From contig OZ244561.1 of assembly GCA_965217585.1 (NCBI GenBank), forward strand, positions 3,520,001-3,584,000: DNA of 64,000 bases. Reading direction: 5' to 3'. This document shows positions 48,898-58,998 of the stretch, piece after piece. The notes beneath the pieces are model-generated. The model ran no database searches. It was not told the DNA's origin and saw only the letters and a list, made by a program, of their open reading frames with translations. This DNA comes from Candidatus Latescibacterota bacterium (GTDB taxonomy: Bacteria; Latescibacterota; UBA2968; UBA8231). Positions within the stretch are counted from its first letter, which is position 1, and each line of letters opens with the position of its first letter. The translations under genes and the position numbers were made by a program.

Positions 48898-49278
48898 ATG
48901 AATATGACTATCAAGCGGGAAGAACTGGACAGGCGGGAGGTCGATTTCTCGGATGTGGCTTCTGGACGACGGCTGCCGCCGGTGCATCCCGGCGAGATTC
49001 TGCGCGACGAATTCCTGACGCCCATGGAGATCAGCGTGTACCGACTTGCCCAAGCGATCAAGGTTTCGCGTCCGCGACTGAACGATATTGTGCGCGGACG
49101 CCGCGGTATCACGACCGATACTGCGCTGCGCCTTGGGCGCTACTTCGGCATGACGCCTGAGTTCTGGATCAATCTTCAGACGCGCTACGATCTCGATGTC
49201 GCCGAGCGCACGACGCGTCGCCAGATCGAGCGAGAGGTAGAGCCGCATGCTGCTCTGGACGAGACGGCCCTAGATTGA
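48898..49278 (+). CDS. higA: HigA family antitoxin
   Basis: [14 protein letters not shown]...[24 protein letters not shown]. Confidence 0.93.
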   Translation: MNMTIKREELDRREVDFSDVASGRRLPPVHPGEILRDEFLTPMEISVYRLAQAIKVSRPRLNDIVRGRRGITTDTALRLGRYFGMTPEFWINLQTRYDLDVAERTTRRQIEREVEPHAALDETALD

Positions 49279-49311
49279 TGGGCGATATTCATGCCCGGCC
49301 AATCCCACCTG

Positions 49312-49394
49312 CCGCTTGGCCGCCCACACGGTGTTGTAGAGCAACAGCGCGATCGTCATCGGCCTGACTCCATTGGGCATGGGCGTGATCGCGC
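49312..49394 (-). repeat. Diverged remnant of the folD 3' end
   Basis: 83 bp matching 53133-53215 with 5 transitions. Confidence 0.92.
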
Positions 49395-49471
49395 TCTAAT
49401 TTCCCGAGATCAACAGTAGTCTGCCCCAACCGCAAGTTCCGCGCCTAACTTTGGCGGTTTAGGGTGAGATT

Positions 49472-49837
49472 TCAAACTGAGTCACTATCCTCTAAAGGTT
49501 GTTGGCTCGTCGTCAGTGAATCGGCGAGGGTGGTTACGATGGATTTCTCATCCCGTTTCGACAGCTTCCCGACTTTGCGTACCACCGATTTATTATCGAG
49601 CGTGAAGAGCTTGAGGCGGATTTTGTAAGGCACATTGAGACCGGCTTCCTGCCAATCCTCAATGACTACATCGCTTGGCCATTTGTTTTTCGTGCTCGTA
49701 ATCATGGCGAAGATCGTTTGCTTGTGAACCTTATTGAAGCTCACTGAAGAGACGACTAGCGCTGGGCGGCGTTTCTTTTCATTGAGGTCTGCGAAGGGGA
49801 AGGGAACGACGACGACATCGAACGGATCAAAGGTCAC
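49472..49837 (-). CDS. PemK/MazF family toxin
   Basis: GTG start; FDVVVVPFPFAD...KRRPALVVS...AMITS...WQEAGL; overlaps the R-M gene end by 11 nt. Confidence 0.9.
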   Translation of the reverse strand: MTFDPFDVVVVPFPFADLNEKKRRPALVVSSVSFNKVHKQTIFAMITSTKNKWPSDVVIEDWQEAGLNVPYKIRLKLFTLDNKSVVRKVGKLSKRDEKSIVTTLADSLTTSQQPLEDSDSV

Positions 49838-52800
49838 GCCAAGCCTCCTCATCTTCTGGAGAAGTCCATTCTTCGCTCATCGTCTGATAAAGACCACGCA
49901 GGTAATCGTCCTGAACTAGTGGCCAGCCGCCGTAGGCGTCTATTGTTTTGTCAATGCTGGCCATGATGCGCGGCGTCTCGGCCAAGGCCGCGCAGAGACG
50001 GCGGTAGTGGGCAATGTCGTCGTATGAGAGGGTGCGGTTTTTGCGGTCCTTGAGCCACTTCTCTGCCGACTGGTAGCCACCAATGGTGAATTCCCATGTA
50101 TCTGGTGCAACGCCGTCAAAATACTGCTCGCTGTTGATCCACACCCGCTTCTGTGACGGCGCATAACGCACCTTTTCTACGCGATTGTCGCCAGCGACCG
50201 GAAAGGCGGGGGTCTCGCCGTCATTGGCTTCCATTAAGTGCAAGGCCGTAAGCCGCTTCCCAAACGCGGCGAGCGACTCAAACAGCGCACCGCAGTTGGT
50301 CACGGGAACGCGGGGAAAATCTGACTTGAGGAAGTCAGCGTAGCGGCGGCGGTATTCTGGGCTGTGGAGCACTGCGTAGAGGTAGTGGAGTACATCTTCC
50401 GGGCCGAAGGTAGTTTTGAGGTCGCCGGTGCCTTCGGGGATGAAGTCGAGAGTGGTGGCGGAGGAGAAGGCTTTGACGAAATCGGAGTTCAGGTTGGGGA
50501 CGCGCCTCTCACCGACACGCGCAGATTTTTTTGTTGAATAGATATAGAGCGGGAAGAGACAGTTCCCACCACGTCGAAACAAATTTAAATCCGAGGAAAA
50601 TTTTGAAGCAAAAACGATCTCCCAAGTGTCGGAACCAATAACTTGACCAGCACGGCCGACGCACAACCCCAAGTTCGGGCCTGCCAACATGTGGCGCATG
50701 ACGCGCTCGCGTCTGTGGACAGCGACGTTGCGGTCGAATACTGTGGCCCGGACATCGAACGGTCGGTAGAGGACTGGTTTGATTTGCCCGCGCCAAGAGC
50801 CGCCCGCTAGTTCCTGTTTCGCCCGGTCGTACTGCCATTGATTCTGTGAACACAGACGCCATTGGGCACGTGCCTCATCTTCCGATGAGGTGGCGAGTAA
50901 ACGCTCGACTTTGGTCGCCGCTTCTTCAGGTGTCCATGAGATGGCGAATTGATCGTGCGTAGTTACGATGCCCGGTGCTGGATCGCCATTCGGCGAAAAA
51001 ATCGAGGGGATAGACCACGCCGCCTCGTACTCTTCGATCAATTCTTCGTCGCGCGGAATAAACAGATACAGCGGTGGCTTAGGTGAAAGCTCCGTCCAAT
51101 CAGTAGTTTCAGCGCTGTTGGCGGCGAGCCAGCCATATTTCCCGCCATCTGGACCCGCCTCGCGCTCGCCCCACAAGTCGGCGTGAAACACCTTGGCTGG
51201 GCCGTTGTCGGCATCTTTGCATTTGACGAACAGACCAATGGCGACCCCCTGCTGAATGTCGAACACATTTTCGTCGTTACCGCCATCAGGGGTTTGCTCC
51301 TTCTTCTTGGCGTTGCCGTGCAGATCGAGCAAATAGATCTCGTCAAAGGTTTCCATCAAGCTGCGGCGCATCCCACGAAAGGTCGGGTTGTCCAAGTAGC
51401 TGTGGTTGGTCACGAAGCCGAGCACACCCTCGCCGGTGCGCTCAATGCGCCATTGGGTAAAGCGAATGAATTTCACGTAATCGTCGCTGAGCCACTTAGC
51501 TTGCGCCGGTCTTTCTAATTCGGGGAAACCCTGCTTGTAGCTACCGATCAACTCCGCAATCCACGCGCTCTTGTTGGCGGAGTGTCCGGAATAGGGCGGG
51601 TTGCCCATCACGACCATTACCGGCTTTTCTTGCTTGGCCTCATAAGCACTGGTCGCTTCACGCACAATTTCGGGAGCAAAGAGCGGGAAGCTATGCCCTT
51701 CGTCCGGCCCTTCTAAGGCATTGGTGAGGAAGACATTAAGCCGCTCGCCGGTGGGCATGGCAAAGCCGCGGTCCGTACCGCCAATTTCGAGCGCGAGTTT
51801 TAGATGACAGATCGAATAAGGGGCCATCAGCAGTTCAAACCCGAACAGGCGCGGCAAAAGGTGCTTCTGCACGTAGCCGGGCCAAGCACCGCCTAACCCC
51901 TTCGCCTCAATGGTCTCGCGGATGGTGGCGACTACTTCGCGCAGGAAGGTTCCCGTCCCCGCCGCCGGATCGAGAATCATCACCCGCGGACGGGGAGATC
52001 CGCCGTTTTCGGACGCGACCGTTGCCGTGTCGGCTAGCCCATCGGCTAAGCCAAACCGATCACGCAATAAGTGATCCACGCTCCGCACGATGTAAGACAC
52101 CACGGGTTCGGGCGTATAGTACACGCCGCGCATCTCACGCAGGTGCGGATCATAAGCCGCCAAGAAATCCTCGTAGAAATGCACCACTGGGTCTTCTTGC
52201 CGGGTCTTCTTGCCGAACTCGGACAGGATAGACGCCATGTCCGCCCGGTCTAGCAAGTACGCCAGATCATCGACAATCCAAGCGATCCGCTCGTCCATTC
52301 CCGGGCCGGCAATCCGCCCGAAGACATCTCGCAAAAAGGGCGTGGTCTCGGCAAACGCGGCTGACTGGCGGGTAAAAGGTCCATTGGCGGGTTCGTGCCG
52401 GCACCGTGCCGCAAACAGCCCATAAGCGGCCGTCTGCGCCTGCAGATCGGCGAAGTCTGCTTCCGACAAGCCGGCGATGAGTACCTCTCGGTAGCCGGTG
52501 AGCATGCTGTGGAGGGGGCCGGCCTGAGCTTCTTGAGCAAAGATGCGCTCAATGCTGTCACGGAGTAGCCGCGCCTTGGCCGCCATGCGCTCGGCCAGTT
52601 CACGCGGCCGGCCGATGGACTGCGGGTCGGCGTCAAAGAACGCGGTGAACAATTCGGCGACTTGGCGGGTACCAGCTTGGTCAATAGCGATCCGATCTCG
52701 GCTGTCGATGTGTGCAAGCCGCGCCTTCAGGCGCAAGTCCCCTTCTACATACCAGCGAAACTCTAAATAATCGGTCAGAATCAGATTCGGCAGGCTCTCG

Positions 52801-53093
52801 CGGTAGCGCTTCAGTTGCGTGTCTTTCTCGACAAGATCTAAGGGTACGCCGACATCCTTGCATTCGACATGGCCGATGGGTACCCCTCCCCGCTCGACGA
52901 TAAAATCGGGCGCACCGCAAGCGATGCGCTTAGGCTCATTGAGGGCACGGACTTGTTGGCCACCCAACCCCTGAATCAGATTCTCAAGGGCCGAGCGGTA
53001 GCTATGCTCGGTCGCCTGCTTGGTAGCAAAGGTAGTCTTCAGGCTATTGCAATACGCCTGGAGAGGACTGCTAAGGGCCTGTTTTGTCGTCAT
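49827..53093 (-). CDS. Single-chain type IIG/IIL R-M enzyme (nuclease, N6-MTase, ISP-type TRD) with antitoxin-like tail
   Basis: APDF...HVECKD, GVYYTPEPVV, LDPAAGTGTF, GNPPYS, YLYAVLHSPEYRRRY, IGGYQ..KWLKDRK; no helicase motifs seen. Confidence 0.9.
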   Translation of the reverse strand: MTTKQALSSPLQAYCNSLKTTFATKQATEHSYRSALENLIQGLGGQQVRALNEPKRIACGAPDFIVERGGVPIGHVECKDVGVPLDLVEKDTQLKRYRESLPNLILTDYLEFRWYVEGDLRLKARLAHIDSRDRIAIDQAGTRQVAELFTAFFDADPQSIGRPRELAERMAAKARLLRDSIERIFAQEAQAGPLHSMLTGYREVLIAGLSEADFADLQAQTAAYGLFAARCRHEPANGPFTRQSAAFAETTPFLRDVFGRIAGPGMDERIAWIVDDLAYLLDRADMASILSEFGKKTRQEDPVVHFYEDFLAAYDPHLREMRGVYYTPEPVVSYIVRSVDHLLRDRFGLADGLADTATVASENGGSPRPRVMILDPAAGTGTFLREVVATIRETIEAKGLGGAWPGYVQKHLLPRLFGFELLMAPYSICHLKLALEIGGTDRGFAMPTGERLNVFLTNALEGPDEGHSFPLFAPEIVREATSAYEAKQEKPVMVVMGNPPYSGHSANKSAWIAELIGSYKQGFPELERPAQAKWLSDDYVKFIRFTQWRIERTGEGVLGFVTNHSYLDNPTFRGMRRSLMETFDEIYLLDLHGNAKKKEQTPDGGNDENVFDIQQGVAIGLFVKCKDADNGPAKVFHADLWGEREAGPDGGKYGWLAANSAETTDWTELSPKPPLYLFIPRDEELIEEYEAAWSIPSIFSPNGDPAPGIVTTHDQFAISWTPEEAATKVERLLATSSEDEARAQWRLCSQNQWQYDRAKQELAGGSWRGQIKPVLYRPFDVRATVFDRNVAVHRRERVMRHMLAGPNLGLCVGRAGQVIGSDTWEIVFASKFSSDLNLFRRGGNCLFPLYIYSTKKSARVGERRVPNLNSDFVKAFSSATTLDFIPEGTGDLKTTFGPEDVLHYLYAVLHSPEYRRRYADFLKSDFPRVPVTNCGALFESLAAFGKRLTALHLMEANDGETPAFPVAGDNRVEKVRYAPSQKRVWINSEQYFDGVAPDTWEFTIGGYQSAEKWLKDRKNRTLSYDDIAHYRRLCAALAETPRIMASIDKTIDAYGGWPLVQDDYLRGLYQTMSEEWTSPEDEEAWRDL

Positions 53094-53114
53094 ATCAAGT
53101 TCCCCTTTGCAACA

Positions 53115-53999
53115 CTACGATAGCCCGCACTTCCGCTTGGCCGCCCACACGGTATTGTAGAGCAACAGCGCGATCGTCATTGGCCCGACTCCGTTGGGCA
53201 CGGGCGTGATCGCGCGGACCTTGGGGCGCACCTGTTTGTAATCCACGTCGCCGACGAGTCGCCAGCCGCGTTCGCGCGAGGGGTCGTCCACTTGGTTGAT
53301 GCCCACGTCGATTACTACAGCCCCTTCTTTGACCATATCCGTCGTGATCCCGCGAGGAAATCCAGCCGCCACCACTAGGATGTCCGCTTGGCGCGTGAAG
53401 TGCCCGAGGTCGCGGGTGCCGGTGTGGCACAAGGTCACTGTGGCATTGGCCCCGGCCGCCTTGTGCCCCAGCAAGATGGCTACGGGCCGCCCCACGAGCG
53501 TGCTCCGGCCGACCACGACCACGTGCTGGCCGTCCACCTCGATTCCACTGCGGCTGAGGATCTGCAAGACCCCGTGCGGCGTACAGGGCCAAAAGCACTC
53601 CTCCTGTCGCACGAGGCGGCCCAAATTGACCGGGTGCAAGCCATCGACATCCTTGTTTGGGTCAATGGCGTTGAGGACTTGTTGCTCGTCTTGGCTCGGC
53701 AGTGGTAGCTGTATCAAGATGCCGTGGATCGCGTCGGCGGCGTTGAGCTGCTCGACAGTGGCTAGTACGTCCTCGGTCGCAATAGTGGCCGGCAGATCTA
53801 CTTGCTCGGAGTGAATTCCGAGGGCTTCGCAGGCTCGGCCCTTGGCTCGTACATAGGACTGCGAGGCTGGGTCGTCCCCCACCAGCACGACCGCCAAGCC
53901 CGGCACCAGACCGTGCTCCTGTTTCAGGTGCGCGATGTCCGTCCGCAGCTCTTCTTGCACTTGGGCCGCAATCGCCCGGCCATCGAGTCGCTCGCCCAT
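53115..53999 (-). CDS. folD: Methylenetetrahydrofolate dehydrogenase/cyclohydrolase
   Basis: GDDPASQSYVRAK, KDVDGLHP, PCTP, VGRSTLVGRP, ITPVPNGVGPMT. Confidence 0.96.
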   Translation of the reverse strand: MGERLDGRAIAAQVQEELRTDIAHLKQEHGLVPGLAVVLVGDDPASQSYVRAKGRACEALGIHSEQVDLPATIATEDVLATVEQLNAADAIHGILIQLPLPSQDEQQVLNAIDPNKDVDGLHPVNLGRLVRQEECFWPCTPHGVLQILSRSGIEVDGQHVVVVGRSTLVGRPVAILLGHKAAGANATVTLCHTGTRDLGHFTRQADILVVAAGFPRGITTDMVKEGAVVIDVGINQVDDPSRERGWRLVGDVDYKQVRPKVRAITPVPNGVGPMTIALLLYNTVWAAKRKCGLS

Positions 54000-55360
54000 T
54001 ACGCGCCTTTCGGTTGCAGGACGCTTTTCTGCACAACCCGTTGCAGGGCTTCGGGGACCTGTACTGTGCCGTCGGGTTGTTGATAGTTGTCCAGAATGGC
54101 GATCAGCAGTCGGCCCATCGCGCAACCTGTGTCGTTGACGAGGTGGCAAAACCCCCGCCCGCTCGCGCCCTTGTAGCGGATGTTCAAGCGCCGGGCCTGA
54201 TAGTCGGTGGCATTGGTGTCGGTCATTACCTCCATGAACTCGCCCGCCCCGGCCATCCACACTTCCATGTCTCGCTGCCGATGGCTGGCCAGATAGCCCG
54301 CGTCGCCGTGGCACTTATCGACGACCCGGTAGGGCAAGGCCAGCTTTTGCAGGAGCCATTCGTTGATTTGGCCGAATTCCTCGTACAGGGCCGCGGACTG
54401 ATCGGGCAGGCACACGGCGTTCATTTCGATTTTATCGAATTGGTGCATGCGCTTGATGCCCTTCACGTCTTGGCCCCAAGACCCGGCTTCCGAGCGAAAG
54501 CAGGCCGTATAGGCGAAGAGCTTGACGGGTAGCTCGGCTGCGTCCAAGGTCTGCTCCATGAAGTAGCTGAAATTGGCCGGCTCGGACGATCCGACGAGGA
54601 AAAGCTCAGCCCCTTCTTCTACGTTATCGGTCTTGATGGCATAGACTTGGTCGCGCCCTTCGGGAAAGTGCGAAGTGCCGTACAGCGAGCGCTCCCGCAC
54701 TAGGAGAGGCGGCACGAACATCTCGTACCCGCGCGCTAAAAGCTCGTCGATGAGGAGCTGGCTCAGGGCGTATTGCATCCGCGCGACATCGCCGCGCAAA
54801 TAGGCAAAGCGCGAGCCGGAGACTTGGCCGCCCTGCAAGGTGTCGATGCCACCTAATTTGACGCCTAGCTCTGCGTGGTGCAGCGGCGCAAAGGCGTCGT
54901 CTTGGGCGTGTAGCGGGCGCTTGGGCATGTACTGGGCACTGGTGTTCCCGCGGCCCAGTTTGTCGGCCGCTAGGTAGCCCTGCCCAGGAATCCAGGCATT
55001 CTCCTCGACGTTGTCCTCCTCACCCGCTCCGGCGGGCATGTCGGGATGCGGCCAGTTGGGAAACCAATCCATGATTCCCTGCCACTCGGTGACGACGGTT
55101 CCCAACTCGTGCTCCAGCACCCGCCCGCGCTCGCGCAACTCCCGCCCCTTTTCCCGCGCTGCGTCCGGGTCAGTGCGGCCGAGCCGCGCTAGTTGCTTTT
55201 TCTCGCTGTTGAGCGCGTCGATGTCTCGCTGCAGCTTTTGCCGCGCCGCGTCGAGGGCCAACCAGCGATCCACATTGGCTTTGGCCGGGTCAACCTTGCG
55301 CACTCGTATCGCCTCGCGCATGGCGTCGGGATTGGTGCGCACGGCCTTTGCGTCGATCAT
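53999..55360 (-). CDS. serS: Serine-tRNA ligase
   Basis: N-terminal coiled arm, CFRSEAG...RMHQFDKIE, DYQARRLNIRY, GRLLIAILDNYQ. Confidence 0.93.
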   Translation of the reverse strand: MIDAKAVRTNPDAMREAIRVRKVDPAKANVDRWLALDAARQKLQRDIDALNSEKKQLARLGRTDPDAAREKGRELRERGRVLEHELGTVVTEWQGIMDWFPNWPHPDMPAGAGEEDNVEENAWIPGQGYLAADKLGRGNTSAQYMPKRPLHAQDDAFAPLHHAELGVKLGGIDTLQGGQVSGSRFAYLRGDVARMQYALSQLLIDELLARGYEMFVPPLLVRERSLYGTSHFPEGRDQVYAIKTDNVEEGAELFLVGSSEPANFSYFMEQTLDAAELPVKLFAYTACFRSEAGSWGQDVKGIKRMHQFDKIEMNAVCLPDQSAALYEEFGQINEWLLQKLALPYRVVDKCHGDAGYLASHRQRDMEVWMAGAGEFMEVMTDTNATDYQARRLNIRYKGASGRGFCHLVNDTGCAMGRLLIAILDNYQQPDGTVQVPEALQRVVQKSVLQPKGA

Positions 55361-55456
55361 AGATTCTTGCTCTCAGTTTTGGGTCAAAAATGGGTTAAAA
55401 ATAAGAACGCCGCTGGCGCGAATCGTGGCAATATCGCGGGGGCCAAGGACCTTGTA

Positions 55457-56380
55457 TCAGCTTTTCGGAGCGATCTTTTGCAGCCACTGGTCCCTCCCAC
55501 CATAGGCGGCAAACACGGCTTCGAGCAAGAGCCGCACGGCTTGGCCAAAGTAGCGGCCCCGCCGCCAGGCCACGCCGATTTCGCGCTCAAAGGCCACGTC
55601 GCGCACATCCACTGTTTTGAGCGCGCCGCTCGCCAGTGACTCGCGGATGGTCAGTCGCGGCAAAAACGAGATGCCCACCCCGGCCTCCACCAACTTGCGC
55701 ATGGCCTCTGGGCTACGCAGTTCCATCACCGCGCCCGGCACCAGACCGGCTTCGGCGAGCTGTTCGTCAACTACCTTGCGCGAGACCGAGTCGGCGTGAA
55801 AGAGGATCAGAGGCTCTTCCACCACTTCGGCGAGGGCGACGGACTCGCACCGGGCGAAGCGATGCTCTGGCCCGACGACCAAGGGCATGTCGTCGCGGTA
55901 AATCGGCACGGCGTCGATTTTGGGATGGGTATAGGGCAGGTGGATCAGCGCAAATTCAGAGCGCTGGATCAGCAGATCGTCGATGAGGTAACGCGAGGGG
56001 GCGACTTGGGTCTTGAGCGCGACGCCTGGATAGCGGCGCATGTATTCTTTGAGAATTTCCGGTAGGAGATAGATGACGGCCGCGTCCACCGCCCCAAACT
56101 GAAAGCCCCCTCCCGGCTCTAGGTCGCTCCGCTGAAGCCGCTCGCCCGCCTCCTCCAGCAGGTCCTCGACTTGGACGGCATAACTCAGCAGCAGGCGGCC
56201 TTCAGTCGTCAGGGCCACGTGCCGATTGTCGCGGTTGAAGAGCTGGACCCCCATGCTCTTCTCCAGTTCCAAAACCGCGCTGGAAACCGTCGGCTGGGTC
56301 ACGTTCATCTGGCGCGCCGCTGGGGTAAAGCCGCCCGTGCGCGCCACGGCGAGAAAGTAGCGCAGGTGTTGCAGGTTCAT
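55457..56380 (-). CDS. LysR family regulator
   Basis: LRYFLAVA...FTPAARQMNVTQPTVS...LE...LFNR; VEAGVGISFLP. Confidence 0.93.
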   Translation of the reverse strand: MNLQHLRYFLAVARTGGFTPAARQMNVTQPTVSSAVLELEKSMGVQLFNRDNRHVALTTEGRLLLSYAVQVEDLLEEAGERLQRSDLEPGGGFQFGAVDAAVIYLLPEILKEYMRRYPGVALKTQVAPSRYLIDDLLIQRSEFALIHLPYTHPKIDAVPIYRDDMPLVVGPEHRFARCESVALAEVVEEPLILFHADSVSRKVVDEQLAEAGLVPGAVMELRSPEAMRKLVEAGVGISFLPRLTIRESLASGALKTVDVRDVAFEREIGVAWRRGRYFGQAVRLLLEAVFAAYGGRDQWLQKIAPKS

Positions 56381-56404
56381 GGACGCAGCGCGCCGTGTGC
56401 AGTG

Positions 56405-57286
56405 TTAGGTGGGCTGCGCGGCTTTCACCGATCCGAAGGTCGAGTGGCGCAATACGGTCTGGGTAGCGTAGATGGAGCCGCCGACCTTGGCCCCGGGCAT
56501 CGGCATGCTCACGGGCACGTCGGCGACGCGGATGTGCCGGCTCGGCTCGCCGCGCACGAAGGTCCGGCAGTAGCCCTCCCAGTCGGGCGCTGGTACCAAG
56601 GGCCAGGAATCGCCAGCGCAATACTGCAAGAGCAGGAGTCGGCGCGGATGCGGCGAGGTGTTGGGCAGGGAGCCGTGCAGGGCGCGGACGTGATGGATGG
56701 AGATGCCGCCGGCTTTTAGCTCGACCTTTTCGGCGGTGGAGTCGTCGAAATCCGTCGCGGTCACCGCACCGGCAAAATGGCCGTCGAGGTGGTGGTTGTA
56801 GATCGGCCCCTTGTGCGACTTAGGGATGACCAGCAAGCAGCCGTTTGTCTCGTTCATATCGTCGATGCACACCCCCACGGCGAGCAGGTCGTCGTTGGTG
56901 TGTGGATAAAAAGCCCAGTCCTGATGCCACTCCACCGGGCTGCCGAACTCACCGGATTTCATGTTGAGCTTGTCGCCGTTGGTGCGGATTCGCGGGCCGA
57001 TTAACTCGGCGACGATATCCACAATCCGCTCGTGGTGCAGGGTGCTGCGGTAGGTCTCGTGCTGGGCGACCGGGCTTTTGAGCCGCCGCAGCTTGGGGTT
57101 GTCGGGCGCGTGCCCCGGCTCCAAGTCGAATACGGGATCGCTTTCGGTGGCGGTCCGCGACTGCTCGACGAACTCGTTGGTGACCTGCCGCAGCGCCTCT
57201 ACTTCTCCGGGGGACAATACCCCCTCGACGCCGAGGTAGCCCTTTTCGTGGTAGCTGGCGATCTGTTCTTGTGTCAACATGGCCAT
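56405..57286 (-). CDS. Phytanoyl-CoA dioxygenase family protein
   Basis: WHQDW, NGCLLVIPKSH, LHGSLPN. Confidence 0.9.
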   Translation of the reverse strand: MAMLTQEQIASYHEKGYLGVEGVLSPGEVEALRQVTNEFVEQSRTATESDPVFDLEPGHAPDNPKLRRLKSPVAQHETYRSTLHHERIVDIVAELIGPRIRTNGDKLNMKSGEFGSPVEWHQDWAFYPHTNDDLLAVGVCIDDMNETNGCLLVIPKSHKGPIYNHHLDGHFAGAVTATDFDDSTAEKVELKAGGISIHHVRALHGSLPNTSPHPRRLLLLQYCAGDSWPLVPAPDWEGYCRTFVRGEPSRHIRVADVPVSMPMPGAKVGGSIYATQTVLRHSTFGSVKAAQPT

Positions 57287-57293
57287 TTCTCCG

Positions 57294-58037
57294 TTATTTT
57301 AGCCTGAGTATTTCGCGCTGTTGCTCGGGTAATGCCTCGTAGATTTCGTCGCTGAAGCGCAGGTGCTGTCCGCCCCAGTCGGGCATATATCCTGTACTGT
57401 AGCAATAATATAGGGTCCGGCGAGGGCGACCGGAAGTATTGACCCGCGAGCCGTGGGTCAACGCCTCGGTAAAGATGATGGCGTCCCCGGCGGCTGCCGG
57501 CACTGCTTGTAGCGCCGGATTTTCGTCTGGGTGCTGGCCCCAAGGCCTAGGGAAGTTGCTTTTGTGAGCACCGGGGATTACTGAGAAACAACCGTCTTGC
57601 TCGGCGCAGTCGAGCAGGGGAAAGACCGCCTTAGTCAGGGTCGAGACCATCTGCCCGTTGCGGCAGTGATACTGACACTTGGGGATGATGGGCGTGCCGT
57701 GCATGTGCAGGCCAGTGTAGCCGCCGCCCCAGCGATAGATCGCATAGGTGTGGTTGAGTCGGTATGGCCCCCCGGTGACTGTGGCGACGACATCTAGGAC
57801 CGCGGGAATATCGATCAACGGGCGGAGGACTTCGTCCCCTTCGAGAATGTTTGAAATATAGAGGTTCTGCTGCGTGCGCTGGTCGCCCAAACACAGCGGT
57901 GGTGGGTAATCGGCCTCGTCCATAGTCTCGAAGCGGTCCAGAACCTGGTTGCAGGCGGCGACCACCGCTGCGGGCACGACGCCCTTGAGGACGATGTAGC
58001 CCTGCAAGTCGAAGAGGTACTGCTGTTGAGCATCCAT
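57294..58037 (-). CDS. Phytanoyl-CoA dioxygenase family protein
   Basis: YLFDLQGY, GLHMHG, IPGAHKS, EALTHGS. Confidence 0.85.
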   Translation of the reverse strand: MDAQQQYLFDLQGYIVLKGVVPAAVVAACNQVLDRFETMDEADYPPPLCLGDQRTQQNLYISNILEGDEVLRPLIDIPAVLDVVATVTGGPYRLNHTYAIYRWGGGYTGLHMHGTPIIPKCQYHCRNGQMVSTLTKAVFPLLDCAEQDGCFSVIPGAHKSNFPRPWGQHPDENPALQAVPAAAGDAIIFTEALTHGSRVNTSGRPRRTLYYCYSTGYMPDWGGQHLRFSDEIYEALPEQQREILRLK

Positions 58038-58203
58038 GGTGTGTTTCCTTTGCTGGTGTTGCACATTCTCGCGCTTAGTGCCTATCATCAACCCTTTATT
58101 TGAATGTGCGCTGACGGTTGGTACACAAAGCAAGAAATTGCCCCTTGCCGGATAATAGGGCAAGCAGCCGACCGGGCCGCGCCCAAATGGAGGGCCTGCA
58201 CTT

Positions 58204-58998
58204 GTGCCTGACGCCAATTACGATAATCCCTGGTGGCCGCTGATATACGACCCGTGGAACGAGCGGGGCGGAAGGCAGCAGACGCACGAGCGCGAGTTCC
58301 AATTCTACAGCATGCAGCTCGCCGGAGAGACGGGCCCGGTCCTCGAAGCGGCTTGCGGCACTGGTTCGATTCTGCTCCGCCTTTTGCGCCAGGGCGTTGA
58401 CATCAGGGGTTTCGATTGCGCCGCAGGGATGCTGGCCGTTTTGCGCCGCAAGGCAGCGGCCTTGGGGTTGGGCGATATCGACCGCCGCGTCTGTTGTCAA
58501 GACATGGTTGACTTCTGCTACGACCAGCCCTTTGCGGCCATCCTAATTCCGGCCAGCTCGTTCATGCTCTTGCCCAGCCAGGCAGCCCAAATCGCCTGTC
58601 TTGAACGCATCCGCGCCCATCTGGTGCCTGGTGGGCGGCTACTAATGAACTTCTACATCCCGTCGCTTGCCGGCGACCTGCTGGCCCACGTCGATCCGTC
58701 CCCGTCGCTGGAGGAATTCGGCGAATTCCCCCATCCTCAAACAGGCCGCCAAATCAGCGTCTGGTTCAAAAAGACCGTCGATCTGGGTGAGCAAACTGAG
58801 CACTACCAGTGGTTTTTTGCCTACGATGGAGAAACAGCGGCAGTGTCCATGACGGCGCGGTGGATCTACAAAGAAGAATTTCAGCTATTGCTGCGCCTAG
58901 TAGGATTTAGCCGCTGGCAGCTTTTTGGCACCCACGACGGCCAGCCGTACGCGGGTTCAAAAGAGACCGGGACGACGTACTGGGTCGTCGAGCGCTGA
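58204..58998 (+). CDS. Class I SAM-dependent methyltransferase
   Basis: VLEAACGTGS, GFD..AGML, HLVPGGRL. Confidence 0.88.
   Translation: MPDANYDNPWWPLIYDPWNERGGRQQTHEREFQFYSMQLAGETGPVLEAACGTGSILLRLLRQGVDIRGFDCAAGMLAVLRRKAAALGLGDIDRRVCCQDMVDFCYDQPFAAILIPASSFMLLPSQAAQIACLERIRAHLVPGGRLLMNFYIPSLAGDLLAHVDPSPSLEEFGEFPHPQTGRQISVWFKKTVDLGEQTEHYQWFFAYDGETAAVSMTARWIYKEEFQLLLRLVGFSRWQLFGTHDGQPYAGSKETGTTYWVVER

Noticed and set aside
49395-49471. Integron attC site (GCCTAAC and bulged hairpin)
   Set aside because: No properly spaced complementary R box, hairpin too short, no intI; more likely a terminator-like hairpin.
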